Part shown: piece by piece, positions 26,281-39,997 of the stretch
Position numbering within the stretch: position 1 is the stretch's first letter
How the letters are laid out: the number at the start of each line of letters is the position of its first letter
Assembly (NCBI RefSeq): GCF_035084215.1
Contig: NC_090325.1
Span: 112,902,001-112,966,000, forward strand
Direction of reading: 5' to 3'
Source: Heptranchias perlo
Lineage: Eukaryota
Length of the DNA: 64,000 nucleotides
The notes under the pieces: model-generated
Told to the model about the DNA's origin: nothing
Seen by the model: only the letters and a program-made list of their open reading frames with translations
Databases searched by the model: none
Position numbers and translations under genes: made by a program

Positions 26281-27184
26281 ATTCTGTTTTCTACAGTCTG
26301 ATCCATACCAGAATAATCATACAATTGTCATATATTTTCTGAAACAAGCATGCAAATATAAGTTACCCAATGAATTTTTGAAAATCAGACCCAGTTACTA
26401 ATATTGGCTTGAAGATTTTGACTGAATTTCTTTTTCATGAAGTAACTCACTGAAAATTGTTTCTCATTAGGTTGCTTTCCAACTTTGTAAATCACTTTAA
26501 CCCCCAACACTCAGGAGTCAAGATTTCTAATGTGCCAACTCTTTCTAATGTGGCAGTTTTGGTAAAATGCTATTTCGGAGGTCACTTGTTTTTTTTAAGT
26601 GAAATATTTCTTCCTTATTAAACAAAATAATCAGGGCTTAGACGATGATTTTTTGCAAATTGGAAGACTGACACAATGGGGCTGATTTTCGGATGGCGGA
26701 GCAGGTGCGTTGGAGGCGGGGGGCTCCTAAAATCATGCAAATCCGGAGTGGGTTCGGAGCCCAGCTCCAACATTCAGATGCACGTGCACCTCCCGAATGC
26801 AGGAGTCCCATTGGCAATTAAAGCCGGCGGGATTATAATTTACAAACTTTTTCAGATAGTTAACGTACATGAGATACCTGATTGAGTGGACATTTTGGCA
26901 GGGATGCAATTTTGAAGGATCCTCAGCGTGTTTCCCGTGCTGTGGGAAACACTCCCTGTTGTAACAAACCTGTTTCAGCCAGGAGCCAGTGGGAGATGCA
27001 AAGGATTATTTGACAGGTGGGGAGAAAACCTCATTTATTGCAGCAGGGCACTCTGTCACTTCAGACAACGTTTTGGCTGCAAGACCTTTGTTTTTTCACT
27101 AAAAATTCTTACTTTCCACCCAAAACTCTGCTGTGCAAACATATTTACCTACTTTGCGGACCCCCTCAAACTCACACCGTCAGG

Positions 27185-28370
27185 ATGGGGGGGCGCCATG
27201 GCTGCATTCATCACTTCATCCAAGGACGAGCAATATCACCAGCCTCGCTAGGCACACTGTCCACCTCCGCCACGTGGAGCTCCACAACACAGTGCAGCGC
27301 CACAGGCACCTGCACAAGAGCACGGAGGGCAACAACAGAGAGAGCGATGTCGTAGGAGGCACTACCCTCACAACAGGGTCTACAGACCGAGGCTCAGCTT
27401 CCTGGACCTATCTGAGGAGCAGTGCATACGGAGGCTCAGAGTCAGTCGCCAGGTAGTCGCAGACATCTGCTGCTTCCTTCATGCCGAGCTGCTCCTGGCT
27501 GGGCCGAGAAGCATCTTCTTACCTGTCGCTGTCAAAGTCACCACTGCCCTCAACTTCTTCACCTCCGGATCATTCCAGGGTGCCACCAGGGACATCGGCG
27601 GGGCCTCTCTGCACACAAATGCATGAGGCAGGTCACCAACGGCTTGTTTCACATGGTCTTGCACTACGTCAACTTCCCCATGCACGATCTCAGTCAGACG
27701 GAGAGGGCAGTGAGATTCCACGCTGTGGCTGGCTTCCCACGGGTGCAGGGTGTAATCGGTTGCACCCATATAGCAATACGAGCACCTCCAGCTAGGACTG
27801 TTCATCAACAGGAAGGGCTATCACTCCATCAATACTCAGCTCATCTGTGACCACCGCAAGAGATTCCTTCACGTGTGCGCCAGATACCCTGGCAGCTGCC
27901 ATGATTCCTTCATCCTCCGGGAATCCAACATCCCGCCCCTCTTCCACACGCTGAACACCCGTAAGGGCTGGCTCCGCAGGGACAAGGGATACCCCCTGCA
28001 CATGTGGCTCATGACACCTCTGAGGAACCCCAGCACCGAGCAACAGCGTCGATATAACAACAGCCACATCGCTACCAGGTTTACTATTGAGCATGCTATA
28101 GGGCTGCTCAAGATGTGCTTCAGGTGCCTTGATTGTTCTGGGGGAGCGCTTCAATATGCACCAGACAGAGTAGGACGCATTATAGTCGTGTGTTGTGCCC
28201 TGCACAACATGGCACAACAGAGGGGGTGCCGCTTCAGGGGGCCCCATCCACATCTGCCACCCACATTGAGGAGGAGAAGGATGAGGAGGGGTTGGCGGAG
28301 GAGGAGGAAGAGTAACCCATGGGCAGAACAACAGCTCACCTGGCTGCTCGTGAGGCCAGGTAGTCACTGA
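27185..28370 (+). pseudogene. Harbinger (HARBI1-like, DDE_Tnp_4-type) transposase, frameshifted
   Basis: GFPRVQGVIGCTHIAIRAP, ARYPGSCHDSFIL, DKGYPL, YNNSHIATRFTIEHAIGLLK, IIVVCCALHN; the first catalytic Asp appears as Gly; stops and frameshifts present. Confidence 0.93.
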
Positions 28371-28711
28371 TATGTGAACGGTTCTCCGCACATCAGACAG
28401 TGTAAAGAGTCCAGTCCTCACCGCCTGGACAAAGCAGGGCCCACACCAGCGCCCCCCCACTCCCGCCTCCCTGCACGAAACAGTCCTGCAACTACACATC
28501 CACCCACTGTAGAGTGACCCACTGGGTGGCATCAAGTGTGGGTGTTCATGGTGAACCTCATGAAAGGGACTTATTACACAAGCCAGTCAAGAATGGCCAA
28601 GAGGTGGCAGTAGTGGTGACAATAATAATATTTAATGTGCGTTTAACAAAAATCAAATATAAATAAAAAACATGACAAACCATCAAACACCCTTGTGCAT
28701 CCCCTTTGTGC

Positions 28712-31700
28712 TTACAAAACCTTCGCCGTTTGCTTCCGACTACTTCTGCGTGGTGCATCCCCTGTGGCTGCAGCAGAGGTAGTGGCAGGATGCTCTTGTT
28801 CATGCCCTGACTGATTAGATGCTTTGGGCCTACGCCCTCTGGGTTTTGGTGCCCGTGAGGGCCCCTCCAAAGACTGCTCCACCTGCACCTGTGCAGGGGC
28901 AGACTCGACCACCCGGAGAGGAGGCAGCATTGCGGGTACTGGTTGAGAGGGGGGCAACGGGTGAAACGTGGGAGCGCTTTGAGTGGCGTCCCCACTTCTA
29001 TGTCCCCTTTCGCCATCTCCCTCCACTGGGCCAGGCCCACACCACTCCTACCACCCTGCTGGACGACAGTTTGGAGGACATGTGTGAAGCCTTGTAAGGC
29101 CAGTGCCAGAGTATCTGCCTGCCTGTTAAGGCGGCAGAATGTTATTCACCCTGAGTCCGAACGGCCATTGCCAGGACCTGAATGGACTCATTTGTGAGCC
29201 GTGCTTGAAGCTCCATGGAGGCTAGCCTTCCCTCCATCGCAGACATTCCCGCACTTACCTGCGACGCCATCTCAGAGATGCCCTCACGTCCCTGTGACAG
29301 TATCTCAGAGATGCCATCCCTTACCTGTGCCACCATTCCACTAATGCAGGATTTGGACTCCTCCATCTTCTGCGGGATTGTGGAGAGTGCGCATGGCACC
29401 TGTTCCAGCACCTTGCAGATGTGCTCATAGAGTCATAGAGTCATAGAGTTATACAGCACGGATAGAGGCCCTTCGGCCCATCGTGTCCGCGCCGGCCATC
29501 AGCCCTGTCTACTCTAATCCCATATTCCAGCATTTGGTCCGTAGCCTTGTATGCTATGGCATTTCAAGTGCTCATCCAAATGCTTCTTGAATGTTGTGAG
29601 GGTTCCTGCCTCCACAACCCTTTCAGGCAGTGAGTTCCAGACTCCAACCACCCTCTGGGTGAAAAAGTTCTTTCTCAAATCCCCTCTAAACCTCCCGCTT
29701 TTTACCTTGAATCTATGTCCCCTTGTTATAGAACCCTCAACGAAGGGAAAAAGCTCCTTAGTATCCATCCTATCTGTGCCCCTCATAATTTTGTACACCT
29801 CAATCATGTCCCCCCTCAGCCTCCTCTGCTCCAAGGAAAACAAACCCAATCTTCCCAGTCTCTCTTCATAGCTGAAGCGCTCCAGCCCTGGTAACATCCT
29901 GGTGAATCTCCTCTGCACCCTCTCCAAAGCGATCACATCCTTCCTGTAGTGTGGCGACCAGAACTGCACACAGTACTCCAGCTGTGGCCTAACCAGTGTT
30001 TTATACAGCTCCATCATAACCTCCTTGCTCTTATATTCTATGCCTCGGCTAATAAAGGCAAGTATCCCATATGCCTTCTTTACCACCTTATCTACCTGTT
30101 CCGCCGCCTTCAGGGATCTGTGAACTTGCACACCAAGATCCCTCTGACCCTCTGTCTTGCCTAGGGTCCTCCCATTCATTGTGTATTCCCTTGCCTTGTT
30201 AGTCCCTCCAAAGTGCATCACCTCGCACTTCTCCGGGTTAAATTCCATTTGCCACTGTTCCGCCCATCTGACCAACCCATCTATATCGTCCTGCAGACTG
30301 AGGCTATCCTCCTCGCTATTTACCACCCTACCAATTTTTGTATCATCAGCGAACTTACTGATCATACCTTTTACATTCATATCCAAGTCATTAATGTAGA
30401 CCACAAACAGCAAGGGACCCAGCACCGATCCCTGTGGTACCCCACTGGCCACAGGCTTCCAGTCACAAAAACAACCTTCGACCATCACCCTCTGCCTTCT
30501 GCCACTAAGCCAGTTTTGTATCCAAAGTGCCAAGGCACCGTGGATTCCATGGGCTCGTACCTTCTTGACCAGTCTCCTGTGCGGGACTTTATCGAAGGCC
30601 TTACTGAAATCCATGTATATCACATCCACTGCGTTACCCTCATCCACATGCCTAGTCACCCCCTCAAAAAATTCAATCAAATTAGTCAGACATGATCTTC
30701 CCTTGACAAAGCCATGTTGACTATTCCTGACTAATCCTTGCTTCTCCAAGTGGAGACTAATTTTGTCCTTTCAGAATTTTTTCCCTCAATCATTCTCCTT
30801 TTCATGGATAGCCACCAGGATTCAGCAATTGTGTCCAGCTGAGCAGAGCCTGGAGAAGAGTGCTCCCACCGACACGAATTCTCCACAGCTGCCCATGCCA
30901 CCAGTGTCTGCTTGTGCTCACATGGGTGTGGTGACTCACCATGTGCAACCCAACTAACTGCGGACGGGGACCCACCGGGGTGTATATACCTGCGCTGGTG
31001 GATGGTTTGCTCAGATGTGACGGTGCCTCCTCAGAGGCCGGCAGGTCCTCTAAGGAATCGCCCTCCATCATCACAGCGGTCGCTGAAGGCCCTTTAAGAG
31101 AACAGAAGGCAATATTAAGCATGACCACAGATGTTGAGGTGCTGAAGATAGCAAGGCATGTTAACATCAATTCATACTATGTGTGCTGAATGGTAAAGTT
31201 CTGTCACCAGATGTTTGCTGGGTGCCAGTCTCGGCATCCCCGATGGACAGGCGCTCGATGGTGCGGCTCAGCTCTAGCACCTCCTGCTCCGCATCCATGA
31301 GGACGACCTGACGTTGCGGCCCCCCAGCCGGTCCTCACCCTCTCCTGTGCATTCTGGGCTCTCTTCTCCTATAAAGGGAGAAAGTAGAGACGCGTGAGTG
31401 AGTGATGGTGATGTGGCCAACCACTGAATGCATTGGTTTGGGTGAGGCTGACCATGAAAGAGGTGCATCAGAGGGTGAGTATGAGGCAGAGCCATGACAT
31501 TGTATGAGGATTGGGTTGAGTGGTAGTGGTGGGATGAGTACTGGGGAGGTGAGGAAGTGGTGAGGAAGTCCAGGTATGTTGAGGATGAGCTTTGAGTGAG
31601 TGTGAGGAGTGATGTGATAGAAAGTGTTGGCAGTGCAGAATGAGTTGTGGGGTGGGGGTGATGATGTGGAAGACAGAGTGTGGGAGAATGAGTAAGTGTA

Positions 31701-31946
31701 CTCACTTTTGGCTGACCTAGTTAGGACATTGAAGCGCTTCCTGCACTGTATCCAGGTGAGGGAGATGTTGCTGCTGTTGGTGACCTCCTCTGCCACCTCG
31801 AGCCAGGCCTTCTTGGTGGCAGAGACAGGCCACGTCCTCCCGTCCGCTGGGTAGAAAATATCCCTCCTCCTCCTCACCCCATCCAGTAGCACCTGGAGTG
31901 AGGCATTGCTAAATCTAGGAGCAGCCTTTTCCCTGGGCTGCTGCAT
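28712..31946 (-). pseudogene. Harbinger Myb/SANT-like DNA-binding gene, about 3 exons (31946-31706, 31368-~31207, 31091-28712); last exon split by a CR1
   Basis: MQQPREKAAPRFSNASLQVLLDGVRRRRDIF...KKAWLEVAEEV...WIQCRKRFNVLTRSAK; gtgagt donor and ttatag/ttaaag acceptors; exon 2 starts EKRAQNAQERVRT. Confidence 0.85.
29428..30784 (-). mobile_element. Young 5'-truncated CR1 LINE nested in the Harbinger; uninterrupted 411-aa RT/C-terminal ORF (29514-30749)
   Basis: QHGF, YMDFSKAFDKVPH, GVPQGSVLGP, KFADDTK; (ctctatga)n tail at 29428; no stops in the ORF. Confidence 0.97.
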
Positions 31947-31991
31947 TGTTCTATTTGGTTCTTTGCTCCAGAAACAGCCATTGGAGGACTG

Positions 31992-32004
31992 CCCCTTTAA
32001 ATAG
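31992..32004 (-). promoter_or_regulatory. TATA-like element upstream of the Harbinger Myb gene
   Basis: ctatttaaagggg about 50 nt upstream of the ATG; conserved at 56269 and as ctagttaaagggg near 16954. Confidence 0.45.
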
Positions 32005-32532
32005 GGCAGCTGACAGCCTGTGATGCGGGTGCGCAGTCCGCCCGCCGCGCAGGTTTCTGACGGGAAACCCGGAAGCCACGCTAAGTGGCTCCAATTTACC
32101 CAGGATCGCATGTGGAACGGACAGATTTTATTGGGCGGGTTACCCACATGCCCAATCGCCCCCACCTCCCCCGCCCCCCCCCCCACTGCCGCTGCCATCC
32201 CGCCTTCCCGCTAATATCGGGGCCGATATGATGCAGCTAGGCAGTGAAATCTCGTTTATCCAAACCAAATTCTTTTGGAAATCCTGATTATCCCAACTAG
32301 CCCAAAGTCTTGTTCTAGTTAGTCTCCTCTCACTTTGCTCTATGGAGCCATAGTTCCTTTGTTCATTAATCCTAGCAAAAAAAGTAAGCAAGAGTAAAAG
32401 GTGGTGGAATATCAAGAGAAAGCACCAACCTATGACTCGTTTGTATTTGGGATTGCTCTAAACATTCCCACCCAAAATATATGGAGTAAAGACAGCTAGC
32501 GGAATTGAAAAAAGAGACCAATTTAACTAATT

Positions 32533-33352
32533 TGGACAACATCCAGGCTTGGGCTGATAAGTGGCAAGTAACATTCGCGCCAGACAAGTGCCAGGCAATG
32601 ACCATCTCCAACAAGAGAGAGTCTAACCACCTCCCCTTGACATTCAACGGCATTACCATCGTCGAATCCCCCACCATCAACACCCTGGGGGTCGCCATTG
32701 ACCAGAAACTTAACTGGACCAGCCATATAAATACTGTGGTTACAAGAGCAGGTCAGAGGCTGGGTATTCTGCGGCGAGTGACTCACCTCCTGACTCCCCA
32801 AAGCCTTTCCACCATCTACAAGGCACAAGTCAGGAGTGTGATGGAATACTCTCCACTTGCCTGGATGAGTGCAGCTCCACCAACACTCAAGAAGCTCGAC
32901 ACCATCCAGAACAAAGCAGCCTGCTTGATTGGCACCCCACCCACCACCCTAAACATTCACTCCCTTCACCACCGGCGCACTGTGGCTGCAGTGTGTACCA
33001 TCCACAGGATGCACTGCAGCAACTCACCAAAGCTTCTTCGACAGCACCTCCCAAACCCGCGACCTCTAGCACCTAGAAGGACAAGAGCAGCAGGCGCATG
33101 GGAACAATACCACCTGCACTCCAAGTCACACACCAACCCGACTTGGAAATATATCGCCATTCCTTCATCGTCGCTGGGTCAAAATCCTGGAACTCCCTAC
33201 CTAACAGCACTGTGGGAGAACCTTCACCACACGGACTGCAGCGGTTCAAGAAGGTGGCTCACCACCACCTTCTCAAGGGCAATTAGGTATGGGCAATAAA
33301 TGCTGGCCTCGCCAGCGATGCCCACATCCCGTGAACGAATAATTAAAAAAAA
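32533..33352 (+). mobile_element. 3' part of a second LINE family (CR1/L2/Crack-like clade) with A-rich tail
   Basis: LDNIQAWADKWQVTFAPDKC...YKAQVRSVMEY RT C-terminus; ends gggcaataaatgctggcc...gaataattaaaaaa. Confidence 0.9.
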
Positions 33353-33914
33353 TTTAGGAGAAAGAAGAGATAATAGCTCAGGGGTGCAGAGGGCATTGGA
33401 GATGCACAAATCAAAGCAGGTGCCAGCCCCAGGCAGCACTTGCAAGGCCTCACTGTTGTTCTGTTGATATTTTCTACAAGTGTGTAGCTCACAGCTGGAT
33501 TATCAAACTTCTTGACATTTACAGTGCGTAAGGGCTCGCCAGCTGCTTGATAAGCATCAACAGATCATTATTATAGGTGACTTCTGATTGACTGTTAGTT
33601 TTTCATTGCTGCCAGCAATATCACATTCTCACAAATCACACATCTGAAAGTTGCACATTTCCACAATTTTATTACCAGTTGATTGACATTGGTGCAAAGC
33701 GGGCTTTCCTGGCAATTTTTTCAGAACCAAGAGTACCAGCTCCTGTATTTTAAATGTTGAATATTTATGTTAAAAAAAATAAACGAAGATCCTTATTTAC
33801 CTTATCCACTGAAACACCCAGCTCTACTTCTCCTCTATCCCCTCCATTCCACAACCACCTTTGTTTTATCAGACTGCTTATCTGACATCAAGATATAAAT
33901 AAGACAGAACTTTA

Positions 33915-34170
33915 GGAACATAGGAACATAGGAACAGGAGTAGGCCATTCAGCCCCTCGTGCCTGCTCCGCCATTTGATAAGATCATGGCTGATCTGTGA
34001 TCTAACTCCATATACCTGCCTTTGGCCCATATCCCTTAATACCTTTGGTTGCCAAAAAGCTATCTATCTCAGATTTAAATTTAGCAATTGAGCTAGTATC
34101 AATTGCCGTTTGCGGAAGAGAGCTCCAAACTTCTACAACCCTTTGTGTGTAGAAATGTTTTCTAATCTAC
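33915..34170 (-). mobile_element. CR1 3' fragment
   Basis: (ataggaac)n tail plus 3' UTR and end of ORF2. Confidence 0.88.
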
Positions 34171-34189
34171 TCCATTTGATCATTGGAAA

Positions 34190-34580
34190 ACATTGACTCA
34201 TTCCGCTCCTGCCAAAAACCCCACCCCCTTGAACCCACCTCCTTCTCCCTCCCTGATTGATGACTCATATTGAACCAGTAACCCAGAAGCTGAGCTTCAA
34301 GCCGTATCTCGTATCCATCATCAAACAGCACCCCTCAAACTCTTAGCCACGCTTTTGTTACCTCAAGACTCAACTTCTGGAATGGATTCCAGAAATCCAA
34401 CTTGTCCAAAGTTACACTGCCCTAATCCTGTCCTGCTCAAATCCTGCTCACCCATTGCTCCTCTCCTGATCGTCCTCCACTGGCTACCCAAAGTACTGAA
34501 TTGAAAATATTTCTCCTCATTTACAAGTAGTTCCACAGCGTCATCCCAGCTTATCTTTGCACCTTTCTCCAGGCCTACAT
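34190..34580 (+). mobile_element. Old L2-like fragment
   Basis: ccacgcttttgttacctcaagactcaacttc and ctccactggctaccc resemble the L2 ORF2 3' region. Confidence 0.5.
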
Positions 34581-34634
34581 CTCATCCCATGCCATATAGT
34601 CCACCAACTCCATCCTGTACATTCACCGGAGCAT

Positions 34635-35488
34635 AAAATTACAAAGATACAGTGATAGATTAAGTGAGTGGGCAAAACGGTGGCAGATAGGATTTCAACA
34701 CAGGTAAGTGTGAGGTCATCCATTTTGGACCAAAAAAGGATAGATCCGAGTATTTTTTAAATGGTGAAAAGCTAGGAACAGTGGAGGTCCAATGAGATTT
34801 AGGGGTCCATGTACACAGATCACTAAAATGTAGTCAGGTACAAAAAAAAATCAAAAAGGCTAATGGAATGTTGGCCTTTATAACTAGAGGGCTAGAAGTG
34901 CTGAGGGGAAAAAGTTTTGCTGCAGCTATACAAAGCCCTGGTTAGACCACATCTGGAGAGCAGTTCTGGGCACCGCACCTTAGAAAGGATATTATGGCCT
35001 TGGAAGGAGTGCAGCGCAGATTCACCAGAATGTTACCAGTGCTGCAAGAGTTAGATTATGAAGAGAGATTACATTAACTAGGCTTGTATTCCCTGGAATA
35101 CAGATGGTTACGAGGTGAACTGATTGAAGTTTTAAATATTTTGAAAGGAATTGATAGGGTAGATAGAGAGATACTTTTTCCGCTGGTGGGGGAGTCTAGG
35201 ATAAGGGGACATAATCTTAAAATCAGAGCCAGGCCATTCAGGAGAGAAGTTGGGAAACACTTCTTCTCACAAAAGGTGGTAGAAATGTGGAACTCTCTCT
35301 CACAAAAAGCAGTAGATGCTAGCTCAATGAATAATTTTAAATCTGAGATTGATAGATTTTCGCGAGCCAAGGGTATTAAGGGATATGGAGCCAAGGCGGG
35401 TGGATGGAGTTAGGATACAGATTAGCCATCATCTCATTGAGTGGCAAAACAGGCTCGAGGGGCTGAATGGCCTACTCCTGTTCCTATA
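34635..35488 (+). mobile_element. CR1 3' fragment
   Basis: RLRGELIEV...RIRGHNLKIR...WNSL motifs; 3' UTR gaatggcctactcctgttcctat. Confidence 0.9.
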
Positions 35489-36639
35489 TCTCATTGCCAA
35501 CTTCTGTGCATATTTGCTGTAAATTGGGCAAGTCATACCTTTTCCATAAAAGGCAGCCAAAAGGCAGCCAACGAAGAGCCATGCAAGTTATGCGTATAGT
35601 ACAGCAGTGCAACGCCTCAGCTCTCAAAGGAGCTATTGGGTCTGCCCTGCTAGGTAATCTGTCCTTGAGGGATTTTGAGAACTTTACTAGTCTCATAATG
35701 AAACCTTTGCCTGCTCTCAGCAGGAGTGGGTTCAGTCGGCTTCTCAGGTAGTGCACAGGACGGAATTTCCTGGAGAATATTCTTGATGTGGAACACTGGA
35801 ATTTCCCAACCCCCTTCCCACAGGACAAGGTCCCAACAGAAAATTGTGAGCCAGCAAATCAGGCATGTACCCAAATTCCTGATGCGCACTCCTGATTCAT
35901 GAAGCTCTGCTAAAATTTAAAATCGACCCCCATAATCTTAAAAAGGACAATAAATTATGAACATGTTCAATAGAAATAATATGCAGTTCTTGGTTCTTGC
36001 ACGTAGGCTAGCTCCTGCTCAGCTTGTACTTTGAATAGCTCAAACTTATTACTTGGTCTCAAGTATAAAAATACTGATGGGACAAAAGTGCTGACTATTT
36101 CAGGCCCATGTTTCTACACTGATGCATAAAGAAAGTAAAGCCATGTCTTCAGCAGATACAATTACTGAACCATAAATACTGGAAACCTCACCCTCTCCAT
36201 AACTAGTCAGTTATTACTCTCCTGTAGTTTCAGTAAACTAATAACGCAGGTCACTTACTTCATAATTAAATTCAGGTCTCTTTGCTTTCCATCCTTTAAA
36301 GTCAGCTGCACTTTATAACATCATGGAACGTGTGAGGAAGGATAATTAATTTTTACCAGAACAAAGCAGGTAAAAAGCCCAAAGCAAACTTTTCACATTA
36401 AGAAGAAAAACAAAATTCCTATTATTCTTAGTCAACAATTTATTTTATTTGAAGAATTTTTACATGAAAAAATACATGCATGTCACAACCACAACTGGGG
36501 AGCATTTAACAGCACTTCACTTGATATTTATTGCTAAGACAGTTTAAATATTAATAAGTATTTTCTAGATGTATCACTAGCTATGATAATGCTAACATGC
36601 TTTCCAATTGTTGTAGTGCTTTCAAAATTGTACAGGATT

Positions 36640-36950
36640 CTAAAGTCACTGTGGCAGAGGTAACAGATAAGTTAAAGGGACTTAAGACTAACAAAGCCCC
36701 TGGACCTGGTGGTGTATATTCTACGATGCTAACGCATACTTGGGAGCAAATGAAGGAATCATTTGCCACTGATAAGGTTCTGCAGGACTGGAAACATGCA
36801 AATGTAGTACCTAGTATTTAAAAAGGGCAACAATTCTGACACAGGCATCTGTGGCTCATTCACCTGATATTGATAACAGGTGAAATAATGGAATCTATTC
36901 TAAGGCCAAAGGAATATCTTATGCCAATCACTTAATAAGAAATAACATGA
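36640..36950 (+). mobile_element. Old CR1-like fragment
   Basis: LKTNKAPGPGG...DWKHANVVP. Confidence 0.7.
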
Positions 36951-37249
36951 AGGAGAAGGGGAAGACACTGACCAAAAAAAAAATTGCTTTGCTCCTTTGA
37001 GGTTGTTACAGATAAAACAGATACATCTTTATGATATAGTCCTCTGTGTCCTGCGACTGTACATTTGAAGACAGGCATGGCTGAGATTCAACAACATATC
37101 ACACGCATGCCTGAGTTTACAATTTTTTACTCAGGTTTGATGACGAATCCTTGTTAATGTTGATTGATATAGAATCTGTGGAGATGATAGTTCTCCCCCT
37201 TGTGGCTGCTTGTCAGAATGCAGATGGCACCAGCTGGGGCAATTCAAAG

Positions 37250-38240
37250 GTCTGAGTCTATAAATTTGACAGTACAGCGCCTGTTTTTCGGGCGCCAAAT
37301 GGCCTTTTAAAGCCCCCTGATGGGCAGGATCGTGCACGCATTTCTGGCTGGAGGTGCACCGTGCGCCATACGGGGAAAGTGAAACAAAGTGCTGTGCAGT
37401 GACCATGCCTGAAACAGGTGTTAGGCCCTTTGCATATACAAATAAGAGGCCTAACGCCTGTTTGAGGCCCCCACTGCAAGACTGGTTTGCCCTGAAGCAG
37501 CTGGCATCAGCGTTGGCTGCACTCAGTAATATCAGACCCTGGGACCGCCTGCTACCCTGTGCCTACGGCTTATGGAGACGAGGACTCCGATCATCGGAGT
37601 TCCTGTGCCCCAGGCTCACTTAGGAACACCTGTTGAAATATATACTGATACATCTGGTGGGACCAAAAATCAGTCGGATTGCATACCTCAGTGTAAGTGC
37701 TGAGATGTACCCACCCCCGACCTCTGCCACTGACCCCACCAAAGTTTAAAGAGTAGGGGGAGGTCACCTGATTTACATTGCTGAGGCAACATTTCTCACC
37801 CCTCCCCTCTCTCACCTCCCTTTGAAATGACCAGAGAGTCTGACTAAGAGTGCCTGGGCTGGAGGAGGGATGTTGGGTTTCCCCACCAAAAGAAAAACTT
37901 AGGTGCCCCCTGTGGACCCAGAATTAAAATCTTTTAAATAAAACTTTCCTTCTTTGATTTTGTGGGGTCCAGGCCACAGTCCTGGTCTCTACCCCCGGGG
38001 GAGGGGGGATGTCACTACTACCACTTGGTCAGTACCAGCACTGACCATATACTGGGTCTCTCCATCATTTGCCATCGCAATGTCCAGCCCCATTCCCTTT
38101 ACCATGTTGGTTTTGTGAGTAGGGGGTGGAGCCTCTGCCCCAACAGGAAATTTCACTACTAGGTCAGGACTCAGGGTAAACAGATCCCGGCTTAGTTTCC
38201 AGTCGTTCGAATGGGCCCCCGCCAAAATTACGGCAGGAGT
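37250..38240. mobile_element. GC-rich MITE-like repeat region
   Basis: CpG-rich, with tttgcatat and tttgtggggtccagg motifs shared with other MITEs here; boundaries uncertain. Confidence 0.35.
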
Positions 38241-38288
38241 CGGCCGGTATAGTCTCAGAAGTTTGGCCTCACTATCTTTGGGATACAA

Positions 38289-38360
38289 AATGTGTTAACA
38301 GTGAGGTGTATATAACAGAAAACGTGTTTTCTGTGATATACACCTCACTGTTAACACATT
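38289..38360. repeat. 72-bp near-perfect palindrome (35-bp arms, one mismatch, 2-nt spacer)
   Basis: aatgtgttaacagtgaggtgtatataacagaaaac-gt-gttttctgtgatatacacctcactgttaacacatt. Confidence 0.95.
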
Positions 38361-39997
38361 AGGTTTCTCCATCTCTGAGGACACCATGGACAATTTACAG
38401 GGTAAGAGCACTAGAATTTGTAGTTATAAGAAAGGCCTTTGCGTCCCTTTTTGATATTTTTCAACCCCACCTGTACATTTTCTCAATAATCAACAGTACA
38501 CTATAGGCGTTACAGTAAGAGACTACTGTGCTATAATATAATAGATGCTTTTAGAAAAATCAATATCTTAGTGGTAAATAAGAAAATAATAGTGAAAGGT
38601 GAACTTAGACTTTAATTAGGAAATCTCAGTCTGTGGTAAGAAAGTGACCAGTGAAGGGATTAGGAAGATTTCTGTTTCTTCTACATTAAAGGCACTATAT
38701 AAATGCAAGTTGTTGTTGTTTTGTTGGGAGCCTTAGTAGTGACTCCCACTAGCCTGACCCCATCGCCACTATCAGGCTGCAGTTAAGTCAGAATTAGATG
38801 TAGAGCTCAAGGTTGGTGACCTGCACCAGAAAAAGATGTCTTGACAATATCAAAAGCACATTCAGGATGCCGGCAGAAATGTTTCAATACCATTTGCATT
38901 TCACTCTGCAGAAGTTGAAGTAAACCATAAAACATAATGAAAAACTGTAGGCTTCTCTCCGTCAGTCAATAAGCTTGAAATATTAGTTCCCATTTGTGGG
39001 GCTTTGATAGTGTTCAGAAGCAACAACAGCTAAAGTGGCTTGAAAATGAAAGTAATTGAAAAAATGTGCAAATATCACCTCAAAAAGTGTAAGATTTAAT
39101 AAGGAATGTTTTTATAAGCTGAAGTTGAAATGCTTGCCACATAGTAGTGATGAAAGGAAGGTTCCGGAGGGTCAGGTGACTGCTGTGCTTTCCCCATTGG
39201 CAATAGGAGGTAAGGGGATATATATGTAAACTTTTTTTTGTCCCGTGCCAAGGTTAAATGCCAAGGTTAAAAATAAATCTGTAATTTTTCATTCAAGATT
39301 AAATCAAGCACACTGTCTTGCGCGTTAACTTGGAAGTAAAATGGATGGATCTGTGATTATCAAAGTTGAAAGGAAACAGGTTAAATTATTTTTGGCTCGG
39401 CACCAGTTTGCATGTGTGTGGTAGGAAAACAAACTATTCATACAAGATGTCTCGTACTTACGATTGAGTATCTGCACCAGAATCTGTGATTAGTACCCTG
39501 AAATTTTCTATTAAAATCTTTGCTTGTATTATAAAATTGGACTTGTCCAAAATGTTTCCAGGTTTCCTCAGACTCACCCTATTTTAAGTTAAGGAATAAG
39601 ATCAGCTGCCTCTGGCATTTCTGTAGATGCAGGTTTGATTGTGCACTTGGTACACCTCAAGTTAAGCATAAGCCCTTTATTTTACTGAGACAACAAATAC
39701 AAAATACTGAAAAAACACTTTGGGCCATATTTTCCTGATTTTTGCTAAAAAGAAATAGGAATCAGGTAAAAGGTTGATTGCAAACCTTATTAAAGTCTTT
39801 AACATTGAACAAACTCATGCATCATTCTGTAGCTGCACAGTCAAATCAAAAAGTGAGTATTTTACTCCAGGTCAGTTAAGTGAACAGTAGATAGAAGTTA
39901 TTGCCCAAGAACATAGCTGTAGTTGTTTTCTTTTATGCACAATGGAAGAAGGATTACAAGAAAAATATTAAAAAGTTAATTTTATAAAGTTTTTCAA

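Larger units (their letters stand above)
26678..32224 (+). mobile_element. Near full-length PIF/Harbinger transposon (convergent transposase and Myb/SANT genes), decayed and interrupted by a CR1
   Basis: Imperfect TIRs ggggctgattttc / aatatcggggcc, flanks aat/gat; HARBI1-type transposase on +, Myb-like gene on -. Confidence 0.92.

Noticed and set aside
25067-26342. Proline-rich, extensin-like ORFs
   Set aside because: Translation of a C-rich minisatellite with variable unit length.
27185-28370. Domesticated host HARBI1 gene
   Set aside because: It lies between TIRs with a partner Myb gene and has stops, frameshifts and a substituted catalytic Asp, so it is a transposon copy.
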